This document shows, one piece after another, positions 1-9,658 of a DNA stretch of 64,000 nucleotides (position 1 is the first letter of the stretch; each line of letters begins with the position of its first letter). Position numbers and translations under genes: made by a program. This DNA is from Candidatus Omnitrophota bacterium (GTDB lineage Bacteria > Omnitrophota > Gorgyraeia > Gygaellales > Profunditerraquicolaceae). The DNA lies in the NCBI GenBank assembly GCA_963805065.1, contig CAWDSS010000012.1, positions 44,174-108,173 on the forward strand, written 5' to 3'. The notes under the pieces were generated by a model. That model made no database searches. It saw only the letters and a list, made by a program, of their open reading frames with translations, and was not told where the DNA came from.

Positions 1-975
1 GCCATTAAGGCTTAATCTTTTCTTCCATACGCCATTATCCTGCTCCATCCTGGCAGAATTGTCCAATTGCCAGTTGTTAAAATCTCCTGCCACGAAAACA
101 TCTTTTGCCTCAGGTGCAGCTACGCTGAATACGACCTGTCTTAGCTTGGGCAGTTTTTCTTTCAGTACCTCTTTCATCTTTGTTTCCAGTTTCTGGGTAG
201 TTGTCGTGGCTTTCTCTTGAGTTTCCAGCGTGATAATTTCCCTGGCAAGGCTGAAGTAATCTTTTGAGCCGCGGCAATATTTGTCGTAATTTAAGATATG
301 CGTGCCCTGGTTCTGCGCCTCTTTAAGTTTTACGTTTACATGGATAATATTGGTGAACAGGATATCACTGAAATTGGATTTTATACGCCCAAGCATTTTA
401 AAGGAGTGACGCAGCCTGGAGTCAAAATTAGTCACCAAAATGCTGCAATCCACCTTATGGTTTAACCTCTCTTTTACCAAATTTATTATGCTGGTCAACT
501 GATCCAGGCCTTCAAGGGAAAACCTGCTGGCCTCAACTGGAATTATTATCCCGTTGCTAGCGCGTATGGCGTTTATAGTGAGGATTCCTAAATTCGGGGG
601 GCAGTCTATCAAAATGTAATCATAATCAGAGGTAAAATTGTTAAATGTGTCCCAGAGGCGGGATTCCCTTCCGATTTCACCGGAAAGCTCCTGTTCCAAG
701 GTACTTAAGACTATGCTTGAAGGCGCTATGTCAAAATTTTTATCCACGTTTTGCACAATATCTTCTAACCTGGCTTTTTTAATCGTGAGTTTGGAGAGGA
801 CGTCATATATACTTAAGTCTGATTTAATATTCAAGCCTAAAGTTGCGTGCGCCTGCGGGTCAAGGTCTATTAAAAGAATTTTTCTGTTATTAGCAGCCAA
901 GGAAGCAGCCAAATTAATTGCCGTAGTAGTTTTTCCGCAACCACCTTTTTGATTTGTAATTGAAATTATTCGCAT
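1..975 (-). CDS. ParA/MinD-family P-loop ATPase fused to a C-terminal CBM48/AMPK-beta-like glycogen-binding module (3' end runs off the window)
   Basis: Absent from the ORF track because it is open to the window edge. My minus-strand translation from the ATG at 975 gives MRIISITNQKGGCGKTTTAINLAASLAANNRKILLIDLDPQAHAT...YILIDCPPNLG... (deviant Walker A KGGxGKT). After about aa 280 it reads VVFSVAAPEAKDVFVAGDFNNWQLDNSARMEQDNGVWKKRLSLNG, an FNxW glucan-binding-module signature. Confidence 0.8.
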   Translation of the reverse strand, partial: MRIISITNQKGGCGKTTTAINLAASLAANNRKILLIDLDPQAHATLGLNIKSDLSIYDVLSKLTIKKARLEDIVQNVDKNFDIAPSSIVLSTLEQELSGEIGRESRLWDTFNNFTSDYDYILIDCPPNLGILTINAIRASNGIIIPVEASRFSLEGLDQLTSIINLVKERLNHKVDCSILVTNFDSRLRHSFKMLGRIKSNFSDILFTNIIHVNVKLKEAQNQGTHILNYDKYCRGSKDYFSLAREIITLETQEKATTTTQKLETKMKEVLKEKLPKLRQVVFSVAAPEAKDVFVAGDFNNWQLDNSARMEQDNGVWKKRLSLNG

Positions 976-988
976 CCTCTCTCCTTTC

Positions 989-1555
989 TTACTTAACCAA
1001 CCTCACGTTATCCAGGTAAACGATTCCTTTTTTCTCGCGCGCGTTCCATTCTTCTACAATAAAAGATAAATCCGTCATTTCCGTCCAGTCGCTTATTTTT
1101 CCGAATTCAGACAAATTAATTGTGTAAACCTGCCATTTGTATGGGACGTCTTTTAAATATATTTCGGATTTTTCCTTGAAAGCATTGCTAAATTCGACTC
1201 TCAAAGAAATTGTATCAAAATAATTAGTTTTTTTGAGGGAAAATTCAAGGGCTTTGTAACTAGACATATTCAACTTATTCAAGGCAAGAGCGTAAATTTC
1301 TTTTCTGGCAGGGTCAAAATGAAAATTTATTTTTGCGGTGTCATTCAAGAGGACAAGGGCGGTTTGCGCGTTAAAGGGTTTATTGTGTTTATTGAATTTG
1401 AGCACCCCTGCAATTCCTAAACCCACAACAAACAGAGTAACTACAATGATTATCCTTTTTGTTTGCAGAGAAAAAGATTTTTGCTTGGAAGATTTTTTGG
1501 ATGAGGCATCCAAATAGATTCTTGCCAGGTGTTCGTAGATATCTTTCTTATCCAT
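989..1555 (-). CDS. single-pass membrane protein with a C-terminal beta-sandwich (CBM/CIA30-like?) domain; hypothetical
   Basis: 188-aa ORF with a charged N-terminus, one TM helix (IIIVVTLFVVGLGIAGVL) and a C-terminus ending IVYLDNVRLVK. Its stop is 13 nt upstream of the ParA start, so the two are probably co-transcribed. Confidence 0.5.
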   Translation of the reverse strand: MDKKDIYEHLARIYLDASSKKSSKQKSFSLQTKRIIIVVTLFVVGLGIAGVLKFNKHNKPFNAQTALVLLNDTAKINFHFDPARKEIYALALNKLNMSSYKALEFSLKKTNYFDTISLRVEFSNAFKEKSEIYLKDVPYKWQVYTINLSEFGKISDWTEMTDLSFIVEEWNAREKKGIVYLDNVRLVK

Positions 1556-1700
1556 TTCGTATACCCCGCGGCTGAAACCGTGTCCCTTAGAACTCGGCTG
1601 AATTTGGCCGCTTGGGTATTCCGCTCATAAAACCTTGGTTTACTCCGTTCGCTTCATTTTTATAACACAAAACCCCTTGCCTGTCAATAGATTATCTTCT

Positions 1701-3260
1701 TTAGGCTTTAAGAGGTGCCTTTATGTAATCAGGTGGGATCTTGCCAATGATTGTGTAGAAATTTGTCAAATGCAGACGGAAAAGTTTATCAAATGCGCCG
1801 TTAGGATCCTCTCCATACCACCAAAACCAGTCGCTTCCCTCAAGAATATAAATTTGTTTGCGTGCTAATTCCCATTCGTGCGGCTGAAGTTTAAGTTCGG
1901 GCTTTTCCAACTCTTTACGAGCCTGCGCCAGATACTCCCAGGCGCGCACTTTATAAGGATTGCCTATCCATTTTCCGAATTCGCTGTAAATCCAGGAGCC
2001 GGCAGACAAGCGTTTAATTTCAGAATTGGGCGGATGAGTATTAAGGTAATCCTGGATGGTGGTAGTTTTGACAATTTTAGACTCTGATAACCTTTGATAA
2101 AGTAATTCCAGGAATTCATGGCCATCGTTATAATAATATTCCCAGGCATTTTCCCCGTCCATGGCGACTGCAATAAGGATATCACGGCCTTGGAATTCAT
2201 TATTAATATTTTCCAGGTGTTTCATAAAATCATTTACCGCATCAAGCGACTTCATATTATAGTAAACAAATCCGATTAAATCAGAAAGGTTTCTATCGCG
2301 AAAAACTATATTCAAATTACCCTCTTCTCTTTTTAAAACGTGCGGCTGATACAAAAAGGTAGTGTCTCTGGTTTTCAATTTTTTTGATTTGAATAAAATT
2401 CCTTCATCCGCAACAATCCATTTTATTCCGGATTCAATTATAAAGGGGAGTATATGTTCGCTGACTGATTCTTCGGAAGGCCACATGCCTTGGGGCACAA
2501 TTCCAAACTTATTCTTATAAAATTTAACCGCTGTCTCAATCTGGGCCCGTACGTCTTCAGGATAGGAAAATTTAATTTTCGGCAATGTGCATTTGTGGTT
2601 TGCTTCCCTGGCAATGTTGGTATTATAAATAAGCGGCAATATGGGGTGATAATAAGGATTTACGGTGATTTCAATCTGGCCGCTTTCCTGGAATTTCTTA
2701 TAGGCAGGGATGATGTCTTCCAGTATTTCTATTTGCGCGTTTAAGACTGAATGTTTCTCTTCTTCTGTGTAGAACCTCCCCTTTGCAACCAGCTCCCTTA
2801 ATTCAGGCCTGTTTTCTCTAAATACAGGGTCAATCCATGCCAGATTAAACCAAACTTGCAAATCCAGGTAATCCTGCAGGCTAAATTCAGCTTTTCTTAA
2901 TTTTTTAAAATATAATTCATAAAAACGCGGATGGATGGAAATTACCCTTTCTTTGTTAATGGAAAAAAAGTTTTCTAATATGAATTTTTTTTCTACGACT
3001 GATAATTCTTTTGCGGGCCTGTAAGATAATTCCAGAAATCTGTCTTTGATTGTGCGGCTGGTGTAATCTTCAAGCTGTTCCAATAAACAAGGCACTAGGT
3101 TAAAAGTTTGCCGGATTAGCGGATAACCCTGGAGCATCTGGACCATATCAAGATAGTCTTTAGTGCCATGCAGGCGCACCCAGGGCATATCTGTCTCTTG
3201 GGTAAGCAGGTTCTTGTAGTAAGGTTGGTGCATGTGGAAGATTATAGCGAGGTATAACAT
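1701..3260 (-). CDS. glycoside hydrolase family 57 protein (alpha-amylase / 4-alpha-glucanotransferase-like)
   Basis: 519 aa. N-terminus MLYLAIIFHMHQPYYKN...PWVRLHGTKDYLDM, plus MWPSEESVS...WIVADEG and AMDGENAWEYY, which are typical GH57 motifs. Confidence 0.85.
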   Translation of the reverse strand: MLYLAIIFHMHQPYYKNLLTQETDMPWVRLHGTKDYLDMVQMLQGYPLIRQTFNLVPCLLEQLEDYTSRTIKDRFLELSYRPAKELSVVEKKFILENFFSINKERVISIHPRFYELYFKKLRKAEFSLQDYLDLQVWFNLAWIDPVFRENRPELRELVAKGRFYTEEEKHSVLNAQIEILEDIIPAYKKFQESGQIEITVNPYYHPILPLIYNTNIAREANHKCTLPKIKFSYPEDVRAQIETAVKFYKNKFGIVPQGMWPSEESVSEHILPFIIESGIKWIVADEGILFKSKKLKTRDTTFLYQPHVLKREEGNLNIVFRDRNLSDLIGFVYYNMKSLDAVNDFMKHLENINNEFQGRDILIAVAMDGENAWEYYYNDGHEFLELLYQRLSESKIVKTTTIQDYLNTHPPNSEIKRLSAGSWIYSEFGKWIGNPYKVRAWEYLAQARKELEKPELKLQPHEWELARKQIYILEGSDWFWWYGEDPNGAFDKLFRLHLTNFYTIIGKIPPDYIKAPLKA

Positions 3261-3261
3261 G

Positions 3262-3296
3262 TTTACTTTTAACTTTTGGCTTTTAACTTTTTACTT
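3262..3296. repeat. heptanucleotide tandem array, A-rich family (5 units)
   Basis: TTTACTT TTAACTT TTGGCTT TTAACTT TTTACTT, directly upstream of the GH57 start codon. Confidence 0.8.
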
Positions 3297-3334
3297 ATAA
3301 AAAAAGCCCCCAGAGGAATTACCCTCCAGGGGCT
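3295..3334 (-). terminator. rho-independent terminator downstream of the porin gene
   Basis: Minus strand reads GCCCCTGGAGGG-loop-CCTCTGGGGGC followed by TTTTTTT. Confidence 0.6.
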
Positions 3335-3354
3335 TTGTTTGTTACATACTTAGA

Positions 3355-4734
3355 CTAGAATGTGACTTTCATTGAACCGATAACTTCATTAGCGAGCTTG
3401 CGATTGCTCTTGTCAAAACCTGCACCTGGGGCTAGCATTCCGCCCATAAGGCTAAACTGCACGTCTTCGGTGTAATCATAGGTTGCAGTTAAATCAACTT
3501 CTGAAGCTAAGAATTTATTATCACTCATCTTTGCATAGTCACCGCGAACGTCTTCGATTACCTGGCCAGCGCCGTATCTCTTATCAGCCCAGAAAGCATA
3601 ATACTCGCCTTTCAAGGTAACATCATCCATGGGCTTGGCAGTAGCTATAGCACCTAATAATTGCGCGTTTGATTGGTTCAACAGGGCATTTGCGATGTGT
3701 CCGAAACACTGATTTTCATACATCGGATCCCATGCGGTTACTTTCTTATTCTCATCACCATGTTGTCCTGAGAAATAAGCCCACAACCCGGTTATGCTAG
3801 GAGTCATCTTCATTTTAGGCATAACATAGGTTGCTGCAAGTTCTGCTGCATAAGCTTCTCTTTCAGGAGCTTTGTTGGTGAATTGATTGCCATTAGCATC
3901 AATGGTAGCATCACCAAGCTGCATAGCACCTTCTGCAGAAAGGCTAAGATTATCAATGGGCGAAGTTTTTGCCAACACACCTACTACGTGAGTAAGATCA
4001 TTCTTGTGAACATTGGTATTAACAAAGGTTGTATCCTCAGCCTGTCTGTCTCTTAACCACCAATATGCTTGCACATTGGTTTTCTTGCTTACATCATAGC
4101 TTACATTCACGCCATAAAGGTCGGTGTCATCTTTTATGTTAAGAGTGGTTTCTTTTGGTTTTGCTACGACAACATCAATCATCAAAGGATTGTAATTCAA
4201 GGTTGCGCGGATTGCATCAAAAGATTTGCGCACACTTAAATCAGCATCTCTGCCGTAAAAAGCACTTGCCTTTGAAGTCATGTTATTCGTTGCCACAGCG
4301 CCGACAATCATGTCATTGCCAAAATGCAGTTCCTGGCGGCCGACGGTTAATGTCAATGGTGAATATAGGAATTCTTTCAACGTAGCATAAGCAAGGTCGA
4401 GATCGATAGCGGTATTCTCAGTGCTAGTGCTAACACCCATATCAGTTTCGTTACCCCAGTATCTTTCATTCAATAACCTTACTGTTGCCATAACATTATC
4501 GGTGAGGTCGGCATCAACTCTTACGCGCAGGATGCTTGCCATAAAATGTTCAGCGTTACGATCAGCGTTGCTAGTGATAGCATTGGCATAGTTATCACCT
4601 ACTGTTAACTGACGGAGCGCGCCTATTACCGTCAAATCACCGCTTACCTTAACATTCTGCACCTCTGCGAATGCGGATACGGCAATGCCGACCACAAACG
4701 CAAGTGCAAGAATTACTATTAAGCGTTTCCTCAT
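3355..4734 (-). CDS. outer-membrane beta-barrel protein / putative porin
   Basis: 459 aa with a signal peptide (MRKRLIVILALAFVVGIAVSAFA), alternating beta-strand-like pattern and a C-terminal ...GSMKVTF with terminal Phe. Confidence 0.65.
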   Translation of the reverse strand: MRKRLIVILALAFVVGIAVSAFAEVQNVKVSGDLTVIGALRQLTVGDNYANAITSNADRNAEHFMASILRVRVDADLTDNVMATVRLLNERYWGNETDMGVSTSTENTAIDLDLAYATLKEFLYSPLTLTVGRQELHFGNDMIVGAVATNNMTSKASAFYGRDADLSVRKSFDAIRATLNYNPLMIDVVVAKPKETTLNIKDDTDLYGVNVSYDVSKKTNVQAYWWLRDRQAEDTTFVNTNVHKNDLTHVVGVLAKTSPIDNLSLSAEGAMQLGDATIDANGNQFTNKAPEREAYAAELAATYVMPKMKMTPSITGLWAYFSGQHGDENKKVTAWDPMYENQCFGHIANALLNQSNAQLLGAIATAKPMDDVTLKGEYYAFWADKRYGAGQVIEDVRGDYAKMSDNKFLASEVDLTATYDYTEDVQFSLMGGMLAPGAGFDKSNRKLANEVIGSMKVTF

Positions 4735-4957
4735 TTTTTATTCCTCCTTAAAGAATATCTGAATTATATTCAACTAGGTTTAAAAATTTTTCCTAGATAA
4801 TTTCTATATAGTATATCACTGGATTTGTCTGACTTTAGGCTTGTTTTGTGCTTCACTCTCCTTCCCGCCCTCAATTAAAGTCATCTCCAATGGCATAACC
4901 TAATTGTTATTTTTTTAACATATAACCTCTTATTTGTCAAGAGTTTTTTCTATTTTT

Positions 4958-7057
4958 TTATACCACTGCCCTGGGGAATTCCAGGATAAATGCTGTGCCT
5001 ACACCGAGTTCGCTTCTAAAGGATATCTCTCCCTTGTTTTTCCAGACTAACTGCCTGACTATGGATAAGCCTAAGCCTGTGCCTTTGTTAGGGCCTTTGG
5101 TGGTAAAGAAGGGCTCGAATATCCTGTCTACGTGCGTCTCTGGTATGCCCTGGCCGGTGTCTTCCACTTCAATGTGCACCTTGTTAGCCTGGGTGGTAAA
5201 GACCCTCAAGGTGATTGTGCCAGGGGCTTCTATGGCTTGTCCGGCATTACGGATGATGTTGAAGAATATCTGCTGCATCTCATGCTTGTCAGCCAGGATT
5301 TTGTTAGGGTCGCTGGAGATCTCGGTTTTGATGTTTATGCGGTCTAGCTCTAAGTCATGGCCTGCCATGTCAAGGGCCTCTTCCATCTCTTCTACTACGC
5401 TGATCAGCTCAGGCTTAAATTCCTTGCCAGGCTTGGCAAAGTTAGCCAGCTTTTTGGCGATTTGAGAGATTCTCTCTGACTGCCTGAGGCATTCATCCAG
5501 CACTGCCTCTGCTTCATCTAAGGCTTCTTGATTAGATTTATCATTGAGCAGGCCTTTTTGCCGGGCAAGCTTGAATAGCTGGATGCGGGTAGCCATGATG
5601 TTTAAGGGGTTACCTATCTCATGGTAGATGCCGGCAGACATGGTGCCTATGGCAGCGCGGCGCTCAGCCTGGGCAGCTTCCTGCAACAGCTGGGCATTGC
5701 CTACGGCTACGGATTCAGTGCGGGCAAGGTCAGAGAGTATGTCTAAGTCATCCTTGGTATAATCGGCATCAGACTTCTTCCTGCCCAGGGAGATAAAGCC
5801 GATTAGGTCATCATGCAGCATTAAGGGCAGGCAGATGACTGCCTGGATGCTCTGCATCTCCTTCTGGATTTCCTGGCTTACTCCGGTGATGCCGTCTATT
5901 TCCTTGGTGATGGCTGGCTGCTGGGATTGCTTGAAGAAGGTGATGAGTTGGGAGCTAGAGGAGAAGATAGTGTCTTTGTTTTGTATGCCTTGGGCGCTAT
6001 AGAGCTGGTATACACCTTCTGCCTTGTTGAGGATAAAGATACCGGCAGTATAGGGATGAATGGTGTCATTGAGTAATTCCAGGGTGGAGTTAAATATCTG
6101 ATCCAGGCTTAAGACAGTGATTACTTCATCGATGAAGGCCTTTAAGATCTGCTTGTATTCGTATTTCTTCTGAAAGAGGAACTTGTCGGTTGAGTCAATG
6201 AGCAGGCTTTCTAAAGGGCTTAAGCCCATGATGATGATTATGGAGCTTATGGCTAGAGAGATAAAGCTACCTGCTCCCAAGACATGGGAGACTATGAGAG
6301 TGGTGATGACAAACACGCCAAAGGCAAAGATAAACATGCCGGCAAATACAAAGGATTTCCTGATGATTACCTCGATGTCCATGAAGTGGTGGCGCACTAT
6401 GGCGTAGGTGGTGATCAGGTTAAAAAGTATAACTAACAGCTTATCTATACGGGTAATTGAGATATCAAGCGGTAGGAGTAAATACATAATCCCTGCCGCA
6501 GAAATGCAGGTTGTGGATACAATCACATGGTTCAATTGCGCTCTGTCGTACGCAGATATTTTCTCTCCCATTCTTTCTAATACAAGATAGGCGCAATAGG
6601 CTACGCAGGATAAAAAATAAGGTAAATAGAGAAAAAACCAGACGGGCCCGGGTATGGCGATATACTTAAAAAATAAACCGGGTTGAATATCCTTTACTAA
6701 CAAGGGGCGTAAATTCGGCAGGAGATTAAACAAAAGCATAACTATAGATAACAAGTAAAACGTCGTCAGGGCTGTTTTTCTTTGTTTCTTTTTTTCTGTA
6801 AGGATTAAAAGAAAACGTAAGCCTAAAATGGGAGCAAAAGCAGCACCTACAAAAACAAATTTGTCCCAGAATAACGCTTGAGCGTGGCTGGAGACCGAAT
6901 TTTCATTAAAAGAGCCAAACACCCACATGAATATGGCGATACTGAGTAATGCATAAGCCCTGTTAAGAGGATTATTTTTGTTTTTCAGGTAGACGAAGAT
7001 GCCGAGGAATGCGGATGATGCAAAGCTTGTTATGGAAGTGAGGTCGTATAAATTCAT
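4958..7057 (-). CDS. sensor histidine kinase (multi-TM N-terminus, GAF-like, HisKA, HATPase_c); no adjacent response regulator
   Basis: 699 aa with about 8 hydrophobic helices, an H-box (SAGIYHEIGNPLN), an N-box (FFNIIRNAGQA) and G-boxes (DTGQGIP...GTGLGLSI). Confidence 0.85.
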   Translation of the reverse strand: MNLYDLTSITSFASSAFLGIFVYLKNKNNPLNRAYALLSIAIFMWVFGSFNENSVSSHAQALFWDKFVFVGAAFAPILGLRFLLILTEKKKQRKTALTTFYLLSIVMLLFNLLPNLRPLLVKDIQPGLFFKYIAIPGPVWFFLYLPYFLSCVAYCAYLVLERMGEKISAYDRAQLNHVIVSTTCISAAGIMYLLLPLDISITRIDKLLVILFNLITTYAIVRHHFMDIEVIIRKSFVFAGMFIFAFGVFVITTLIVSHVLGAGSFISLAISSIIIIMGLSPLESLLIDSTDKFLFQKKYEYKQILKAFIDEVITVLSLDQIFNSTLELLNDTIHPYTAGIFILNKAEGVYQLYSAQGIQNKDTIFSSSSQLITFFKQSQQPAITKEIDGITGVSQEIQKEMQSIQAVICLPLMLHDDLIGFISLGRKKSDADYTKDDLDILSDLARTESVAVGNAQLLQEAAQAERRAAIGTMSAGIYHEIGNPLNIMATRIQLFKLARQKGLLNDKSNQEALDEAEAVLDECLRQSERISQIAKKLANFAKPGKEFKPELISVVEEMEEALDMAGHDLELDRINIKTEISSDPNKILADKHEMQQIFFNIIRNAGQAIEAPGTITLRVFTTQANKVHIEVEDTGQGIPETHVDRIFEPFFTTKGPNKGTGLGLSIVRQLVWKNKGEISFRSELGVGTAFILEFPRAVV

Positions 7058-7072
7058 AGGAAGATTCTGAAT

Positions 7073-7525
7073 TTACTTTAGAGGCTGTTTGGGTTTTTTG
7101 GTTATTTGCGACTTCGGGCCAAGAGAAATAGTCAGGAAACAAGAGCTTCCTTTGGGCGATAAGTCCACTATGCAGGTTTCATTCTCGCGCTCGAAGTTAA
7201 GCATGCGTTCGCCAAACTCTATGACATTAAGCAGATGCCAATTATACATCGGCATTTGCTCTTTGTAGAAACTGACTACCTGGTCTGCGCTTGCTTTTCC
7301 GCGGTATTTCAATACTCCCACGCGCACACCAGAGGTTTCAAAGGAATAGGAATTTTGAGGTAGAATATTAAATCCAACAGGCACGGGAACGTCGCTGAAT
7401 TTTATTGCGCTAGAAGGCTCTAATACCGCCGGCATTCCTGAAGCAGGGTCATTTTTTTGGGAAAGGTCCACACAGCCGGATAAAGCAATAACGAAAAACA
7501 AAAAAAGCGCTATTTTTGCCTTCAT
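7073..7525 (-). CDS. lipoprotein, function unknown
   Basis: 150 aa with a lipobox (FFVIALSGC). Confidence 0.5.
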   Translation of the reverse strand: MKAKIALFLFFVIALSGCVDLSQKNDPASGMPAVLEPSSAIKFSDVPVPVGFNILPQNSYSFETSGVRVGVLKYRGKASADQVVSFYKEQMPMYNWHLLNVIEFGERMLNFERENETCIVDLSPKGSSCFLTISLGPKSQITKKPKQPLK

Positions 7526-8175
7526 CTCTCCCCCCTCTTCTTTAAAAATGCGTTGATTTCCTGATAAATTTTTTCTATGTCTTCGGTTTTTAAACCCGCC
7601 TCGCCCCCCACATGATTTAAATCTTCAGGTCTAATTATTTCATCCGGGCCGTGGCTATCCGTATTCAAAATCAACTTTGCGCCAACCTTTAAGGCTTTCT
7701 GGCAAACATGTGAGTTCGTGTTACGGTGGCCATTTCTGGAAGTTATTTCCAGGAAAATGTTTTTGTTTTTTGCCAGCAGCACGTCCTCATCAATTATTAA
7801 CCCGGGATGTGCCAGGATATCTATGTCGGATTCTAATGCAGCGCGGTTGGTGCCTTTGATTACAGGCTCAACTACGGTTTCTCCATGAGCTACGATTATC
7901 TTGATGCCCCTGGAGCGCGCGCGTTTTGCTAAAGGCTTAAATTGTTCAGGGGGAAGATGAGTTAACTCTACTCCAGGCAAAACTTTTATGGGAAAATCTT
8001 TCGGCCAGTTACGGCAGAATTCCAAAATGGATTTAGTGATAAAATCTATATTGCTAAAATCAGCATGGTCGGTGATGGCTATTGTTTTGTATCCGGCAGC
8101 CAGATAACGCATGGCTATCTCTGAGGGAAGCAAACAGCCGTCGCTTAATATGGAGTGACAATGTAGATTGTACAT
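7522..8175 (-). CDS. PHP-domain (histidinol-phosphatase-family) metal-dependent phosphoesterase
   Basis: N-terminal MYNLHCHSILSDG, followed by ITDHADF, AHGE and NTDSHGP metal-ligand motifs. Confidence 0.75.
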   Translation of the reverse strand: MYNLHCHSILSDGCLLPSEIAMRYLAAGYKTIAITDHADFSNIDFITKSILEFCRNWPKDFPIKVLPGVELTHLPPEQFKPLAKRARSRGIKIIVAHGETVVEPVIKGTNRAALESDIDILAHPGLIIDEDVLLAKNKNIFLEITSRNGHRNTNSHVCQKALKVGAKLILNTDSHGPDEIIRPEDLNHVGGEAGLKTEDIEKIYQEINAFLKKRGER

Positions 8176-8193
8176 AGGTTTAAATTAAATAAG

Positions 8194-8267
8194 TGCCCCT
8201 GGCAGGAATCGAACCTGCCACACGCAGTTTAGGAAACTGCTGCTCTATCCTTATGAGCTACAGGGGC
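8194..8267 (-). tRNA. tRNA-Arg (anticodon CCT)
   Basis: Minus strand reads GCCCCTGTAGCTCATAAGGATAGAGCAGCAGTTTCCTAAACTGCGTGTGGCAGGTTCGATTCCTGCCAGGGGCA. It folds as a cloverleaf with anticodon loop TTCCTAA and T-loop GGTTCGATTCC. CCA is not encoded. Confidence 0.85.
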
Positions 8268-8794
8268 ATTATTAATACTTTATCAAGGAGAATACCGGAT
8301 AATTCCTTGAGTTTCTCTTTGCCCTTTAAGTCAGTAAGCTCGATTAAAAAAGCAATCCCTGTAATCTTACCTCCCAGTTGCTTGATTAAATCCGTTACTG
8401 CCTTTACTGTGCCGCCCGTAGCAAGCAGGTCATCCACTATTAAAACTTTATCTCCCGGGTTTATTGCATCGTGGTGCATTTCCAGGGTGTCTGTGCCGTA
8501 TTCAAGGTTATATGTCACTGAATTTGTCTTCCAGGGAAGTTTTCCTTTTTTACGCACCGGCACAAACCCGGCGCCTATTGTCTGGGCAACCGCGCCGCCT
8601 AAAATAAACCCCCGTGCCTCAACTGCAACCACGGTATCAATTTTTTTATTCTTGAACTTTCTGCTTAAAGTATCAATTGCTACCTTAAATGACTTTTTAT
8701 CTTTAAGCAGGGTTGTGATATCTTTAAATAAGATGCCGGGTTTAGGAAAATCAGGAATATCTCTTATACAGAGTTTTAGGTTTATTTTTTTCAT
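8258..8794 (-). CDS. apt: adenine phosphoribosyltransferase
   Basis: 178 aa with [21 protein letters not shown] and the PRPP motif [13 protein letters not shown]. Its 3' end overlaps the tRNA by about 10 nt. Confidence 0.9.
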   Translation of the reverse strand: MKKINLKLCIRDIPDFPKPGILFKDITTLLKDKKSFKVAIDTLSRKFKNKKIDTVVAVEARGFILGGAVAQTIGAGFVPVRKKGKLPWKTNSVTYNLEYGTDTLEMHHDAINPGDKVLIVDDLLATGGTVKAVTDLIKQLGGKITGIAFLIELTDLKGKEKLKELSGILLDKVLIMPL

Positions 8795-8803
8795 CGCCTT
8801 CCC

Positions 8804-9616
8804 CTATTCATTTTCTTGCTGCTCGACAAACTTTCTTAGTTTTTTTAGAGCAGCTTCTTCTATCTGACGGATTCTTTCGCGCGAAACCCCTAATTTTTTT
8901 GCCACTTCTGCCAATGTCTGCGGCGCAGAATTTAACAAGCCAAAACGCATATCCAGGATTTCTCGTTCCCTGTCAGTCATGATTTCCAGAAGATTATCCA
9001 GCCTTTCTTTATTCAAGAGGCGCTCAATATCTGCGCTGGGAGCTTGGATAGTTTCATCTTCAATTAAATCCGATACCTGGCTTTCATCTTCTTCTCCTAT
9101 GGGAGCTTCCAGGGAAGAAGTGGACGATGATAGCCAGAAATTAATCTGATCCACTTTATCTTTATTCAGCCTTAATTTTTTGGCTAATTCGCGGTCGGTG
9201 GGCAGGCGTTTTAATTTTTGAGACATGCGTTCCTTTTCTTTTCTCCATTTGGTAATCAGGTCATTCATATAAACCGGAACGCGGATTATTTTCCCTGCTC
9301 GGAGAGCGAACGGGTAATTCCCTGCTTAATCCACCAGGCTGCATAGGTTGAGAAACGGTAGCCTTTTTTGGGGTTAAATTTTTCCACTGCTTTCATCAAT
9401 CCGAGGTTGCCTTCCTCGATTAAATCCAGAAACGGCATCCCCAGGTGCATATAGCGTTTGGCAATGTTGATTACAAGGCGAAGGTTGACCGCGAATCATG
9501 CTCTTGCGCGCATGCTCATCGCCTTTCTTTATTTTCTTACTCAGCGTTATTTCTTGTTCCGCTGTGAGCAGTGGAATGTGCCGGATGTCTTTAAGGTAAG
9601 TTTTTAGGGCTTCCAT
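8804..9616 (-). pseudogene. sigma-70 family RNA polymerase sigma factor (short RpoD-like), interrupted by two frameshifts as sequenced
   Basis: The N-terminal fragment (9374..9616) and C-terminal fragment (8804..9268) are in the track. A third frame between them reads [64 protein letters not shown] (region 2). Region 4 reads LAEVAKKLGVSRERIRQIEEAALKKLR. The shifts are near 9289-9292 (T4 run) and about 9485-9492. Confidence 0.85.
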
Positions 9617-9621
9617 TTGTT

Positions 9622-9656
9622 CGACTATCCTATTCTATTTGGGTCAATGGTCAATT
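9622..9656. repeat. heptanucleotide tandem array, GACTAT/GTCAAT family (degenerate, 5 units)
   Basis: CGACTAT CCTATTC TATTTGG GTCAATG GTCAATT, between the ppdK stop and the sigma-factor start. Confidence 0.55.
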
Positions 9657-9658
9657 TT

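Noticed and set aside
638-952. Plus-strand ORFs throughout the track (for example 638-952, 8193-8867, 22024-22701, 23111-23647, 45694-46062, 46709-47113).
   Set aside because: Each lies entirely within or antisense to a minus-strand gene that has clear family motifs. Their translations are low-complexity with no recognisable motifs, so they are shadow ORFs.
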